A DNA stretch of 64,000 bases from an uncultured Pseudomonadales bacterium (GTDB lineage: Bacteria; Patescibacteriota; Microgenomatia; UBA1400; PJMF01), in contig CAYWDM010000003.1 in the NCBI GenBank assembly GCA_964457085.1, positions 186-64,185 on the forward strand. Direction: 5' to 3'. The position numbers were made by a program, and so were the translations under genes. Positions 29,821 through 39,913 of this stretch are shown in pieces (the stretch's first letter is position 1; each line of letters starts with the position of its first letter). Under the pieces are notes generated by a model, which was not told the DNA's origin, made no database searches, and saw only the letters and a list, made by a program, of their open reading frames with translations.

Positions 29821-31806
29821 TTAGCTAGTCAGAGGAAAATGCTTGCGTTTTCTGTTAATCAAAGCATCCTGGTGGCGAATTTTTTGGTTTTGTGTATCGA
29901 GTTGAGATATAGCTGTACTCATAATTTTGTCGGTTGGATCGAGACTGAGTTTTCGTTTTTCCCAACCAAATCGATTGAGTAAATTACCAAGAATATTGAT
30001 GGGCAAACAGAGTTGGGTCTCGCACCATACGATGGAGTTTCTATTTTCCTGTGACATGTTAGTAAACTCCACTGGGAGTATTCGATGAATCTGATTAGTT
30101 GCAGCATCATACCTAGTAGGCAGGAGAATATAGAGCATGCCAAATCCGACGCCACCCTCTGGTGTTGAAACAACAATGTCTTTGAGAAAACTGATGGGAA
30201 TTTGTGCATCTGGAGTTGTAACATTGCCATCCTGATACATTTCTTGCAACTGTTGATAACTGAATTTTTGATGCCAATAACCATCTAAATTGCTGATAAC
30301 ACCAACTGCCTCGGTAGAGGCATGCTCTACGTCAGCAGAATACTTCGATGACAATTGATTTGCTTTTAATACTGTTTCTGCCAATTTAGCTTCATCGCCA
30401 TTAGTTGGGACAGCTCGTGCACGAATAATATATTGCAGTGAGCGAGCCTCTTTCTCTACGGGGGTGATGATGTCTTGCAACTCTTGAGTATCTCTTGGAT
30501 TTTTTAAAGCATCTGTAATAAGATTTTCTAAATCTGCCAGGGAGTTGAATGCTTCATCAATTGGTGTTTCTGCAGTATTTTCATTTATTTGCAATTCACG
30601 ATTTTTAAGTGCCGCTTTAATGGCGGCTCGTAGTGGCGCACTAGCATCGCGGCTGAGAATATCAGCTAAGGCTGAGCCTGAGGATTTCATGCCTGCCTGA
30701 ATGGTCCAATTCGTGTCGTTAGCATCAATAATGCCACTCTCGTGGAGAAATCTATCCATGATCATGGTTGAAAATTGTGCATTTGAACGAAGTGCATCTG
30801 GTATAGGAATTTTTTCGTGCATGCACTTGTGTGTGATTGCATACGCGTGTGGAAATGCACGCGAGATCCAAAGTTCTTGTAGATAGACCATAGCGTCATT
30901 GATATTTGATTCAAGAGCTTTTTTTAATGGATCTGAAGCAATACTAACGATGTTGACATCTCGGAGTATTTTTCGAATGCTTGCCAACTCTTGTAGCTTT
31001 GACTCTGGCATTTTCTCTGCAGGAATCATCAGCGTGCTTGTGATTTTATCCAATAAAAAAAGCAAAATTTGTCTCGGCTGTTCTTGAAATAAGCTGATTA
31101 GTTCGGCTCGTGCTTCGGAAGAGTAATTCTTGATCAACTCGTCGATGCGAGCTAGATCTTTCTCAAGAGTTGAAAGGTAAAAGTCTGGTGTGGTTTTTTT
31201 TGAAAAGACGCTAGTTAGTGCGGCTTCATGTTTGGGCGAAATGGAGTTCCAGCGTGATACTTTTCGATAGGCAGTTAACGCACAGAGCATCTCCGCATTT
31301 CTATATCCATCCATGCCACCGGCGATTAGAGTATCGACCTCCCAAATAGTTTGCATCCGACGGACGTCTTGTTTGCTTAGTGGATTGCCGCCAAAAATTT
31401 CTTTTACAATTCCGCTGCCAGTAGCCCGTCTTATCATCGATGGATAAAACTGAGCTGATTCACCTACTATAAACGGTGTGTGTTCGTGCCGATCGCTACT
31501 ATTAATCCACTGGGGCACAACTCTACCAGTTGCTGGATGAGGACTATAGGAAATGCTGGCACCGGTTGCATTTGTGCCACTTTGAGCTTTTTTTGTAAGA
31601 AAAGCCTCGTATTCATATGTTAAAGTGGGTATATTTCCATCCCCAAGTTGTAGCTGATTGGGTGTTTGTAGAGTTTCAAATGGCTGATATTCTGCCTGCC
31701 ATTGTTGGACAAATTCGTTTGGTGCCTTTTCTTGTTTTGAAAACAATGAGCGAAAGAATCGACTTGCCGAGTCTGGATGTGATGCTTCGCTACCATTATT
31801 TCCCAT
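29821..31806 (-). CDS. large hypothetical protein (661 aa), no recognisable domain
   Basis: Long ORF co-directional with, and 20 bp downstream of, the wHTH regulator gene; soluble, no signal peptide. Confidence 0.5.
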   Translation of the reverse strand: MGNNGSEASHPDSASRFFRSLFSKQEKAPNEFVQQWQAEYQPFETLQTPNQLQLGDGNIPTLTYEYEAFLTKKAQSGTNATGASISYSPHPATGRVVPQWINSSDRHEHTPFIVGESAQFYPSMIRRATGSGIVKEIFGGNPLSKQDVRRMQTIWEVDTLIAGGMDGYRNAEMLCALTAYRKVSRWNSISPKHEAALTSVFSKKTTPDFYLSTLEKDLARIDELIKNYSSEARAELISLFQEQPRQILLFLLDKITSTLMIPAEKMPESKLQELASIRKILRDVNIVSIASDPLKKALESNINDAMVYLQELWISRAFPHAYAITHKCMHEKIPIPDALRSNAQFSTMIMDRFLHESGIIDANDTNWTIQAGMKSSGSALADILSRDASAPLRAAIKAALKNRELQINENTAETPIDEAFNSLADLENLITDALKNPRDTQELQDIITPVEKEARSLQYIIRARAVPTNGDEAKLAETVLKANQLSSKYSADVEHASTEAVGVISNLDGYWHQKFSYQQLQEMYQDGNVTTPDAQIPISFLKDIVVSTPEGGVGFGMLYILLPTRYDAATNQIHRILPVEFTNMSQENRNSIVWCETQLCLPINILGNLLNRFGWEKRKLSLDPTDKIMSTAISQLDTQNQKIRHQDALINRKRKHFPLTS

Positions 31807-31826
31807 GTATCTAATATACCAGGGGA

Positions 31827-33002
31827 TTAGGAGAGATAAATGTAGCCCTCTCTTTTCTTAGTGACAATACGGCTCTCAGGAAGAACAAGCTCAAGTTTAT
31901 CTCGTAGTGCTGAAATAAGTTGGTCAATTGCCCAGTCAGAATATTTAGTTTCCCAAGATTCTTTCCAAATTGCTTCAGCGATCATGTCTCGAGATACTAT
32001 ATCTCCTTGATTCTCTTCAAAGAGATTGAGAAGTGTTCGTTGTGATGGAGTTAACATTAATACTTGAGATACAACATTCGGTATTTTTGGTTCAATTTTT
32101 TCAAGCTTCATTCGACCAAAGTACTCCTTGAGTAGGGGAGTGAAAGGGGAAAAACTATCAGCGGCATTTTTGATGTAGCCAAATTTAAGTAAAAAACGTG
32201 TTTCTTTTGAATTAATTTCTAGGTTATTTGTAAATAATGCTGTTTGGTAACTAGCTGTAAGATCATTGAGAATACCAATTACTTGAGATTCCAGGCGAGA
32301 ATCTCTGAGATTTGGTTTTATCCATGATGGATTTTCAGAAATTTGTAAACAGAGGGTTTTAATAATACCTGGCAAGCCGCCAGAAAAGTAAATTACTGCT
32401 TCGGTTTGTTGTTTTGATAGTTGAATGTCATATCTGGCTTCTTGAACCGCGATCATGACTCGCGAATCAGTATCGTTTTCAGGCCTGAGTGGTGTGATCG
32501 CTCCAATAATTTGTTCGTGATAGTTGGCGTTCTTCTCTATTGGGGATAGTAAATATGGCAACATATTACTCACTGTAGTGAGAGTGACGAATGTGCAGCC
32601 GGACCTGTTGCCATGTCGAAGCTGGGTAAAAAGTCGTACCAACGTTGGATCGAGCAGTGTCTCGTGAAGCCCAGTATAAATGACAAATACAATTGGTTTT
32701 TTTTGTATTTGTATTTCAATTTTATTTATGAGGTCGAGTGAATTCAGGGTGTTTGGTTGATGAAGTGCCTCTGAAAAAGAAGCTTCTAATTCTTGAAGTT
32801 GTTGAGCTGACTGGTCACATAATGAAAAATCAAGGAATACTGGGGTATAAGAACTGTCGCTGCTCTTAATTGCCTCGACTATGGCAGCGTACCAAAAATC
32901 CAATCCTGTCTCATACATACTGACAATAGTGATGGGATCACAAGCTTTTATCTGTTTGCATACAATCTGGATGACTGATTTCGCGTAATTAGTTAACTGC
33001 AT
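31827..33002 (-). CDS. transcriptional regulator with C-terminal OmpR/PhoB-type winged-helix DNA-binding domain and unknown N-terminal domain
   Basis: C-terminus LTPSQRTLLNLFEENQGDIVSRDMIAEAIW...ISALRDKLE...KKREGYIYL matches the trans_reg_C wHTH. N-terminal ~290 aa lacks a receiver domain. Confidence 0.55.
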   Translation of the reverse strand: MQLTNYAKSVIQIVCKQIKACDPITIVSMYETGLDFWYAAIVEAIKSSDSSYTPVFLDFSLCDQSAQQLQELEASFSEALHQPNTLNSLDLINKIEIQIQKKPIVFVIYTGLHETLLDPTLVRLFTQLRHGNRSGCTFVTLTTVSNMLPYLLSPIEKNANYHEQIIGAITPLRPENDTDSRVMIAVQEARYDIQLSKQQTEAVIYFSGGLPGIIKTLCLQISENPSWIKPNLRDSRLESQVIGILNDLTASYQTALFTNNLEINSKETRFLLKFGYIKNAADSFSPFTPLLKEYFGRMKLEKIEPKIPNVVSQVLMLTPSQRTLLNLFEENQGDIVSRDMIAEAIWKESWETKYSDWAIDQLISALRDKLELVLPESRIVTKKREGYIYLS

Positions 33003-33146
33003 ATTTTTTTACTACAACTAGCACACAACATAGATTTTTTTAACAACTGAATTCAATTCTATTATAGATGGATATACAACTGATATTCGTAGCATCATTA
33101 TGGGTTTATAACCTCCGGGAAATCCAATCCCGCGGGAGGTGCACGT

Positions 33147-33422
33147 ATGGCAAGAATCGATACATATCTGATTCCTGCCACTTCCAGTAGCACTGGGTAC
33201 ACCATGTACCTACTCCAGACTGAAAACGACTGGGAGCGGGCAGGAATTACCGCGTTGAGTCAACGCGGCCATGACGTCTCATCAAGACCAGTATTTGTTA
33301 ATGGTGAGACACTTTGGTGCGTTTGTTTCCGAACTACAATTTCGGAGATCGAAGGCATGCGAACGTTGGTGGAGGAAGAGGCGCAATTGTGCAAACAAAC
33401 TGCTCAGCCTGCACTTCTCTAA
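33147..33422 (+). CDS. hypothetical small protein
   Basis: 91-aa ORF followed by a strong terminator at 33438-33470. Confidence 0.3.
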   Translation: MARIDTYLIPATSSSTGYTMYLLQTENDWERAGITALSQRGHDVSSRPVFVNGETLWCVCFRTTISEIEGMRTLVEEEAQLCKQTAQPALL

Positions 33423-33437
33423 AACCATCATGGAATG

Positions 33438-33470
33438 AAAGCCGTCCCTACTTAGTGGGGACGGCTTTTT
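33438..33470 (+). terminator. rho-independent terminator
   Basis: agccgtccc-tacttagtg-gggacggct + ttttt. Confidence 0.7.
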
Positions 33471-33484
33471 ACATTGTTTAGCTA

Positions 33485-35563
33485 ATGGTACTTGAGGTGG
33501 CTGTAATCATCCAATTGCCATTTGAGCTCAAAAAGTATTTGATACAGACAATGAGAAAAAATACTTTATTTGGCTTGATTGTTAGCTTTTTGTTAGTTAT
33601 CACTGCAATACTTGGCATGGCCAAGGAAGCACAAGCTGCTGATAAGTCATATTCAATAGATTCTGTTTTGATTGATTCTACGATTCTGCCCAGTGGTGCC
33701 ATGAAAGTGCAGGAGCGGCGCACCTACGACTTTACCGGCGATTATCGTTTTGCATATCAGACCATCAAGTTTCAACCTGATCAACAAACTAACCCTCAGC
33801 GTATTGAGCCATACATATTGAGTCAATTTCAGTTGTGCGAACGTGAGGTTTGTTATCAATTATTGCCAAGTAACCAAGTAAATTGGCAAACTCCAAGAGA
33901 GAACCCAGATCAAACTTTTGTGGTTGAGAAAAAGGCGGATGAATATTACATCCAATGGCATTTTCGTGCAGATTCAATCAAAAAAGAATTTACTCTATCG
34001 TATGTTGTAGACAATGCGGTAACCCAGCACGATGATACTGCGGAACTCTATTGGCAGTGGATTGGCAGCGGTTGGGCGGTTTCACAAAATTTGGTTAAGA
34101 TTACCACACATTTGCCAGTTGGTATTGCCAGTGATCAAATAAGTGCTTGGGCTCATGGTCCATTGACTGGAATAGTGTCGATTCCCAGCACTACTGAAGT
34201 TGAGTTCTCGGTACCTTCTGTTCCAACCGGCAAGTTTTTTGAAGGCAGGATTGTGTTGCCAAAATCCATAATTTATGGAGGGGCCAAAGGTAGTGGGAGC
34301 TTGGCAAGCATCGGAAATCAAGAAGCCACATTTATCGAGAAGACCAAGCAAAAAGTTGCAAAATACGATTGGATGGCACGCATGGCCATTTTTGGCTTTT
34401 TAGGCTTGCTTGGAGTGATGGTATTTGGGTTTGTTTTAATGTTACACAACTTTTGGTTGCATCATAAAGATCAGATGTTGCCATGGTTGCTGAGTAGTCA
34501 GGGACAATGGGAACCACCCAGTGATATAGATGCAGCACAGGTCGACCAATTACTAACAGCACAGAAAGCGATTACACCGAGAGCTTTTACAGCCACGATT
34601 TTGTCGCTAGTGCGGAAAAAAGTTTTAAAGTTTAGACGTAGTGATACCAAACAAGGGTGGTTATTTCCTGACTACGTTTATTATTTGGAGTTTATGGCTC
34701 ATGACGAAGTAATTGCAGCAAAACTTTCTGGAATTGAAAAGCATGTTAAGAACTTTCTGTTTAATATTCCCGAGACAATGATCTCATTTGGTGGCAAAGA
34801 AATCTCGGTGTTGCCAGTTAAAAGCATTACTGCTTGGGCACAAAGTCACAGAGAAACCAGTTATCAATTTTTTCAAGATTTAGCAGAAAAAACCCTTAAA
34901 GAAAACCTGAGTGAAGGCTTTTTTGATCAGGAGGCTCATAAGCGTTCAAGTCACTTTATTTTTTACGGTGTGGGTTTTATTGTTTTTGCAGTCGCAATTT
35001 TAATTGGATCCCTATCACTAGCTGATTCGTTGCAAACTGCGTCTGGATTTGCCGATGGGCTGCGTGTCATCGGACCAATTGCGATGTTCTTAGGTGTTGG
35101 CATGGGGTTAATTTCATTTTATCTGACTTCTCGAGGTGAAAAGCGTACTGAACAGGGTTTTGCAGAGGCCAAGAAGTGGGCAGCATTCAAAAAACACATG
35201 CAGGACTATCAAAAAACGAAACAATATCCGATCGACTCGATTATTTTGTGGGAGAAATATTTGGTATACGGCACAGTCTTGGGAGTTTCAGCAAAAGCAC
35301 TATCGCAGTTACCAGTGCAATTTAGTCCAGCAGATCAAGCGATACTCACTGGCTATTGGTTGGGAAGTACGGATAGTGTGGGAGGCGGTGGTATGAATAG
35401 TATTGGTGATTTATCTTCGAGTTTTCAATCTCTTTCGAATGCATTAACGAGCGTTTCCAGTGCTGCATCCAGTAGCTATGGAGCCTCTGGCTCAGGATCA
35501 TCTGGTGGATCATCCGGTGGTGGTGGCGGAGGAGGTGGCGGTGGTGGCGGTGGTGCGGGGTAA
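33485..35563 (+). CDS. DUF2207-like membrane protein with C-terminal poly-Gly tail
   Basis: Signal/TM, large extracytoplasmic domain, TM helices, then Ser/Gly tail ending GGGGGGGGGGGGGAG, as in DUF2207 proteins. Probable start MRKNTLF (~33551). Confidence 0.5.
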   Translation: MVLEVAVIIQLPFELKKYLIQTMRKNTLFGLIVSFLLVITAILGMAKEAQAADKSYSIDSVLIDSTILPSGAMKVQERRTYDFTGDYRFAYQTIKFQPDQQTNPQRIEPYILSQFQLCEREVCYQLLPSNQVNWQTPRENPDQTFVVEKKADEYYIQWHFRADSIKKEFTLSYVVDNAVTQHDDTAELYWQWIGSGWAVSQNLVKITTHLPVGIASDQISAWAHGPLTGIVSIPSTTEVEFSVPSVPTGKFFEGRIVLPKSIIYGGAKGSGSLASIGNQEATFIEKTKQKVAKYDWMARMAIFGFLGLLGVMVFGFVLMLHNFWLHHKDQMLPWLLSSQGQWEPPSDIDAAQVDQLLTAQKAITPRAFTATILSLVRKKVLKFRRSDTKQGWLFPDYVYYLEFMAHDEVIAAKLSGIEKHVKNFLFNIPETMISFGGKEISVLPVKSITAWAQSHRETSYQFFQDLAEKTLKENLSEGFFDQEAHKRSSHFIFYGVGFIVFAVAILIGSLSLADSLQTASGFADGLRVIGPIAMFLGVGMGLISFYLTSRGEKRTEQGFAEAKKWAAFKKHMQDYQKTKQYPIDSIILWEKYLVYGTVLGVSAKALSQLPVQFSPADQAILTGYWLGSTDSVGGGGMNSIGDLSSSFQSLSNALTSVSSAASSSYGASGSGSSGGSSGGGGGGGGGGGGGAG

Positions 35564-35596
35564 ACAAATTTTCTGATTTGATTGCGGCAACTCATC

Positions 35597-35701
35597 TGGC
35601 GGTACACCCCAAGAGTGTTTGCAGGGTGAATTTCATTCACTCAGCGGGCACGGGCTTTGTAACTCCTGCTTGCTCAATAACTGAGACCACCCTTGGCGGT
35701 A
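35597..35701 (+). repeat. solo copy of the GGGCACGGGC-core mini-element, not at a tRNA, bracketed by 8-bp direct repeat tggcggta
   Basis: ttcactcagcgggcacgggctttgta...cccttggcgg matches the Arg-associated element (cacgggctt[ct]gta...cccttggcgg) and the solo copy at 14133-14170. Confidence 0.4.
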
Positions 35702-35714
35702 TAATCAAGATCTA

Positions 35715-36995
35715 ATGTTTTTAACTTCATTAACTACTGTATTCAAAAATAGCTGGTTGCTCGGCAAAAATTTTAATAATCTGACGACCAAACCTTCGCT
35801 GAATCGTAATATTTGGCTCTTCTATCTATCCAGTTTTCTTTCCGGACTGATTTTTATTATTCCAGTGTGGGTGTGGTTCGAGCGGCGGATGTTGACTGTT
35901 GGCCAGATGGCTGGACTCGAGGCAGTTGGTACCGCTCTAACACTAGTATTGGAGTTACCAACAGGAGCGTTTGCTGATCTATTTGGTCGAAAGGCAACAG
36001 CTGCCATTGGGTTATTGCTGCAGGGAATTGGTAATGTTGTTTGTGGGTTATCGATTGAGCCAGTGCAGTTTACCGTTGGTTTCATGATCTGTAGTGTGGG
36101 CTCAGCTTTGCTGTCTGGAGCCAATGACGCGTTGTTATTTGACTCGCTCAAAGAAATGGGAAGAGAAGATGAGTTTGCTAAAATGAGCAGCAAAAACGCC
36201 ATGAGTTTCCAAGCTGGAATCGTGATTGCGACTCTGATTGGTGGATACCTTGCAGCTTATTCGCTGAGTTTGCCATATATGCTTTATGGCGTGGCTTTAT
36301 TATTGGCAGCAGTAGCGTTTTCATTCAAACAAGAGCCAAATATCGATAGTGAAGTATTCACCCTCAAAAACTATCTGCTGCAAACGAAAGCAGGAGTGAT
36401 GGAGTTGTTTCGTAGTGAGAAAGTATTTGAGTTATCCTTGTTTTACATTCTAGTCGGTGGCATCACTTGGTCATCTCAGTCATTTTTCAATCAAAATTTT
36501 GCGGTAGATCTTGGACTGACGCCAGTTGAGATTGGCTGGATTTTTAGTGTTGTTCGAATTGTTAACTCAATAGTAATCTGGAAATTAGTGCATTCAAGTT
36601 GGCTGAAGCCGCACATTGCATTTATTTTATTTGCTGTGTTGTTGGCGGTGGCATATCTACCTGGATATTGGGTGGGCAAATGGGTTGGGGCAGCAGTTAT
36701 TGCTCTTGCTACTTTTGGAAGCACAGCTCGGTTTGTGATTTTGGGTCAATATTGCAATCATGAATTTCGATCGAAGAATCGGGCTACGGCAATATCTGCT
36801 CTAAACATGGGTGTGAGCATATTTTATGTGGCAGCAATGGTGCTGGGTGGATGGTTGATGGAGCAGTTTTCAACTAAATTAGTTATCTCACTGCTGGGAG
36901 TTTTTACAGTAATGACTGTCTGGCCACTCACTTTCGTGTTAGTGAAAAAATATCACACGGCAAAAGCATGCGGGCAACAAACCTCAGATACTTGA
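35715..36995 (+). CDS. MFS transporter
   Basis: 12 predicted TM helices; MFS loop 2-3 motif (GAFADLFGRKAT). Confidence 0.75.
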   Translation: MFLTSLTTVFKNSWLLGKNFNNLTTKPSLNRNIWLFYLSSFLSGLIFIIPVWVWFERRMLTVGQMAGLEAVGTALTLVLELPTGAFADLFGRKATAAIGLLLQGIGNVVCGLSIEPVQFTVGFMICSVGSALLSGANDALLFDSLKEMGREDEFAKMSSKNAMSFQAGIVIATLIGGYLAAYSLSLPYMLYGVALLLAAVAFSFKQEPNIDSEVFTLKNYLLQTKAGVMELFRSEKVFELSLFYILVGGITWSSQSFFNQNFAVDLGLTPVEIGWIFSVVRIVNSIVIWKLVHSSWLKPHIAFILFAVLLAVAYLPGYWVGKWVGAAVIALATFGSTARFVILGQYCNHEFRSKNRATAISALNMGVSIFYVAAMVLGGWLMEQFSTKLVISLLGVFTVMTVWPLTFVLVKKYHTAKACGQQTSDT

Positions 36996-37000
36996 GAACA

Positions 37001-37036
37001 AAAAACCAGCCCACATTTCATGCAGGCTGGTTTTTA
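37001..37036. terminator. bidirectional rho-independent terminator
   Basis: aaaaaccagcc-loop-ggctggttttt between convergent genes. Confidence 0.65.
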
Positions 37037-37045
37037 GAATAACTA

Positions 37046-37978
37046 CTAGACTTGTTTCTGTCTTCTTTGCCAGAACCAGTAGATAACTGCTGCTGGGATC
37101 CAAATCGGTGAATAGACTACGATCCAGATTGCTAGGTTGGCAAAACTACGAGCAGTTTGAATCATTGACCGAACTGCTTCTTTGTAAATTTGCTGTGGTC
37201 TCCAACTGTTGTCAGGTGCATATGGCAATGCAAGCTCATCGGTCGAGAGATATACACTGACACTAGCCAATTGTGTGGTTTTCTCTAGATATCGTTGTTG
37301 ACCTTTGAGTCCATCAAGCTCTGCTTGGAGGTTCATGATTTCGCGCTGAACTTCAAGCATATCGCTGATTTTATTGGCTGAGCGAAGCATTTCTTCCATT
37401 TTTGCCTTTGTGGCGATGACGATTCGGAGTCGCTCTTCAATATCAGTGTATTGATCAGTTACATCTGTGCCACTGACATATTCTGAGACTACTTTGACAC
37501 CGATGCCCCTGATTTGTTCGAGGGTTTCGGTTAGTTTTTCAGCTTGAACTTTGATATTAACTGAGCCGCTCGAACCACCTTCAGGTGAGCTCATTTGTGA
37601 ATTAACCATGAAACCACCATTTTGGAATGCCAAACCTGAAACTTGATTAATGGTAGATTTTACGTCTTTCACTTTCATTGAAAGATTGGTGTCAGTAGAG
37701 ACCATGCGGTCTGCTTGATTGTAGCTGTTTTGAACTTCACCACCACCGCCTGCAACTGGCAAAGCCATTCTTTTGGCCATCATTGGAGCCGGAGCAACAT
37801 CTGCCATTGAATTAACACCACCCATGCCTGAGTCATAGCTGATGGAACGAGTAGCCCCGTATTGAGGTACGTTGTTACCAAGCAATAGATACAGCACCAA
37901 AGCAATAGCTGCGGTGGCAAGTTTATTATGTTTAATCCATTCCAGGATTCTGGTGGGGAAACTTTGCATATCAATCAT
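37046..37978 (-). CDS. membrane protein, DUF4349-like architecture (N- and C-terminal TM flanking a coiled-coil extracytoplasmic domain)
   Basis: 310 aa; TM at residues ~20-40 and ~280-300; central coiled-coil (EEMLRSANKISDMLEVQREIMNLQAELDGLKGQQ). Confidence 0.4.
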   Translation of the reverse strand: MIDMQSFPTRILEWIKHNKLATAAIALVLYLLLGNNVPQYGATRSISYDSGMGGVNSMADVAPAPMMAKRMALPVAGGGGEVQNSYNQADRMVSTDTNLSMKVKDVKSTINQVSGLAFQNGGFMVNSQMSSPEGGSSGSVNIKVQAEKLTETLEQIRGIGVKVVSEYVSGTDVTDQYTDIEERLRIVIATKAKMEEMLRSANKISDMLEVQREIMNLQAELDGLKGQQRYLEKTTQLASVSVYLSTDELALPYAPDNSWRPQQIYKEAVRSMIQTARSFANLAIWIVVYSPIWIPAAVIYWFWQRRQKQV

Positions 37979-38068
37979 TGTAGCAAACTGGAGTTAGGAT
38001 AAGTATATGGTTAGATTGATCCCTTATGTAATATTTAAAACATTGTTAGAACCATTTAGACTAGTGCT

Positions 38069-39243
38069 GTGTTGTCAGGTGAATATTCGTTTTTTGATAT
38101 GAGTAAAGTGTCTAGGATAATTAATTTTATAAAGCACAGATCAGTATTTTTATCTTTACTGCTAATTGTTTTGGTGGCAGTGGGCCTAAGATTTGTTAAC
38201 CTCGAGCTAAGCAGAGACGTAGAATTTGATCAGGCCAGAGACTTATTAGTGACAAACACATGGCTTTCTATGGTGCTGACAAAATGGTTGTTCCACATGC
38301 TGCAGGAGGAGCATGGGTTTTATTAAACACTCCAGTTTATTTTTGGTTAGTCATGATCCTGTGGTGGATTGCGAGAACCCATTTGGGTGTCTTGTTCTTA
38401 TACACTTTGATTAGTACATTGGTCAGCGTGTTAGCTTTTTTGGTAATGCGTCAGCTAATACCTCAGCAACCTAAATTGGCAGTCATTTTAGCCACAATTG
38501 TGGCTTTTTCTGAACCACTTATTATGGCTGCAAAAGATATTTGGCAGCCACATTTTGTACCACTGTTTACCTTATTAACTTTGTTGCTTTATTTTTTTGG
38601 TTTGAGGAAACGTTCTAGCCTATTTATATTTTTAGCACTACTTTGTGCATTTATAACTTTTCTAGAGCATTACTCAGGAATTTTTATTCTGTTGCCAATC
38701 AGTGTTTTGGCAATCGGAGTTTTCGTGACACAAAGAAAATGGCGACAGTTAATGATGACTCTGTTTTGTTTGATTGGTTTTTTTTGGATGTGGGTAGCTT
38801 TGAGCAAATCGAAGCTAGATCAAGTGACTATGGTTCCAGCTTTCGATTTGAGCACAAGTAGTTTGGCTGGCAGGGTTATTCAGCCAACTTTTATAACAAA
38901 TGTTTCGCTGACAGCCAAATTTTTTTTTGATCTCAAATCAGACAGCTTGGCATTTTTTATCACCATTGGCTTAGTCGTAGGACTTGTTTTAGTTGTAATT
39001 TTTGATGGAAAGAGGGACTTAAGTAAACAATCACTGTTGTTCTTGACAGTAAGCATGCTAGCTTTTGGTTTCTATCCAGAATCGTTAGCACAAACGCAAC
39101 ACTACTTATTTGTTTCTTATATTGTTATGGCAGTAACAACTACGGTTTTAATTGGTTTTTTATGGCGAAAAAATGTACCACTCGGACTTTGTGTTTTATT
39201 ACTTGTGCTAGAGGGTGTAAACCGTAATTACATTGTCGGCTGA
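38069..39243 (+). pseudogene. GT-C (ArnT/PMT-like) glycosyltransferase gene interrupted by a frameshift near 38245-38265
   Basis: ORF 38069-38326 carries the GT-C N-terminal region incl. acidic loop motif (EFDQARD). The continuation (GADKMVVPH...; many TM helices) is in the -1 frame as ORF 38260-39243. Confidence 0.5.
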
Positions 39244-39402
39244 AGTAGAGGATCCATACACATATGTAGTCTGTCGAGTGCCTGGCATGATTTGTCCGCC
39301 GGCTGCCATGGTGTATAGTGCAAGCAAAGAAGTATATATTGGACCTATCTCCAAAGTCTACCAAGTTGAAGGTTTAGACTTACGTTTTCCAATTTCGGAT
39401 TT

Positions 39403-39717
39403 TTAATCAATTTTTTCCTCAGGGGATATGCTGGCTGAAGGCGTGGCGTTGTCTAGTTCTGGCAGGAGTACTGGTCTTTCAACTTTAGTGCCCGTTTTGT
39501 ATGAAATTGCAACATCAGTCTTCAATAGATTCTCAAGTATTACCACTAAGTGTGGTTTGACTGTAATTGGACGAATAATCTCTCCTTTTTCATTGGGAGG
39601 TGGGGAACATGTTTGGTTTGGAGCATTGCAGGTAACGGTTATGGGCCAAGCAAGCACAGCGATGACTAGCAAAATGATGACTTCAACGAACTGCAGCGGT
39701 TTTACGAATTGAGACAT
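39403..39717 (-). CDS. small hypothetical membrane protein (pilin-like hydrophobic N-terminus)
   Basis: 104 aa; N-terminus KPLQFVEVIILLVIAVLA resembles prepilin hydrophobic helix with Glu at +5 but lacks the canonical Gly. Confidence 0.35.
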   Translation of the reverse strand: MSQFVKPLQFVEVIILLVIAVLAWPITVTCNAPNQTCSPPPNEKGEIIRPITVKPHLVVILENLLKTDVAISYKTGTKVERPVLLPELDNATPSASISPEEKID

Positions 39718-39870
39718 ATTGACAAGCTATTGTAATCCAAGTGGAGCACGATGAAATAGATAGAGAACTAGTGTTACAATATCACTCACAATGTTTGCTC
39801 ATTTATCAACTACCACTACAACTACAATCCCCGCCGGGGAGTAGATGACTGTGGTTTGTTGCTGTCATCA

Positions 39871-39896
39871 CCTCCCTGATCGGGGAGGTTTTTTTA
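39871..39896 (+). promoter_or_regulatory. terminator/attenuator hairpin in thrS leader
   Basis: cctccctgatcggggagg followed by ttttttt, ~120 nt upstream of the likely thrS start. Confidence 0.45.
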
Positions 39897-39913
39897 TTAA
39901 ACAATAGCAATGT

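Noticed and set aside
35455-35563. Tandem GGTGGCGGAGG repeats resembling a short repeat array
   Set aside because: They are in-frame Gly codons forming the poly-Gly tail of the DUF2207-like protein, not CRISPR or intergenic repeats.
39780-39900. T-box riboswitch upstream of thrS
   Set aside because: A terminator hairpin is present, but no T-box consensus (AGGGTGGNACCGCG) or specifier-loop context is visible. Reported only as a generic leader/attenuator.
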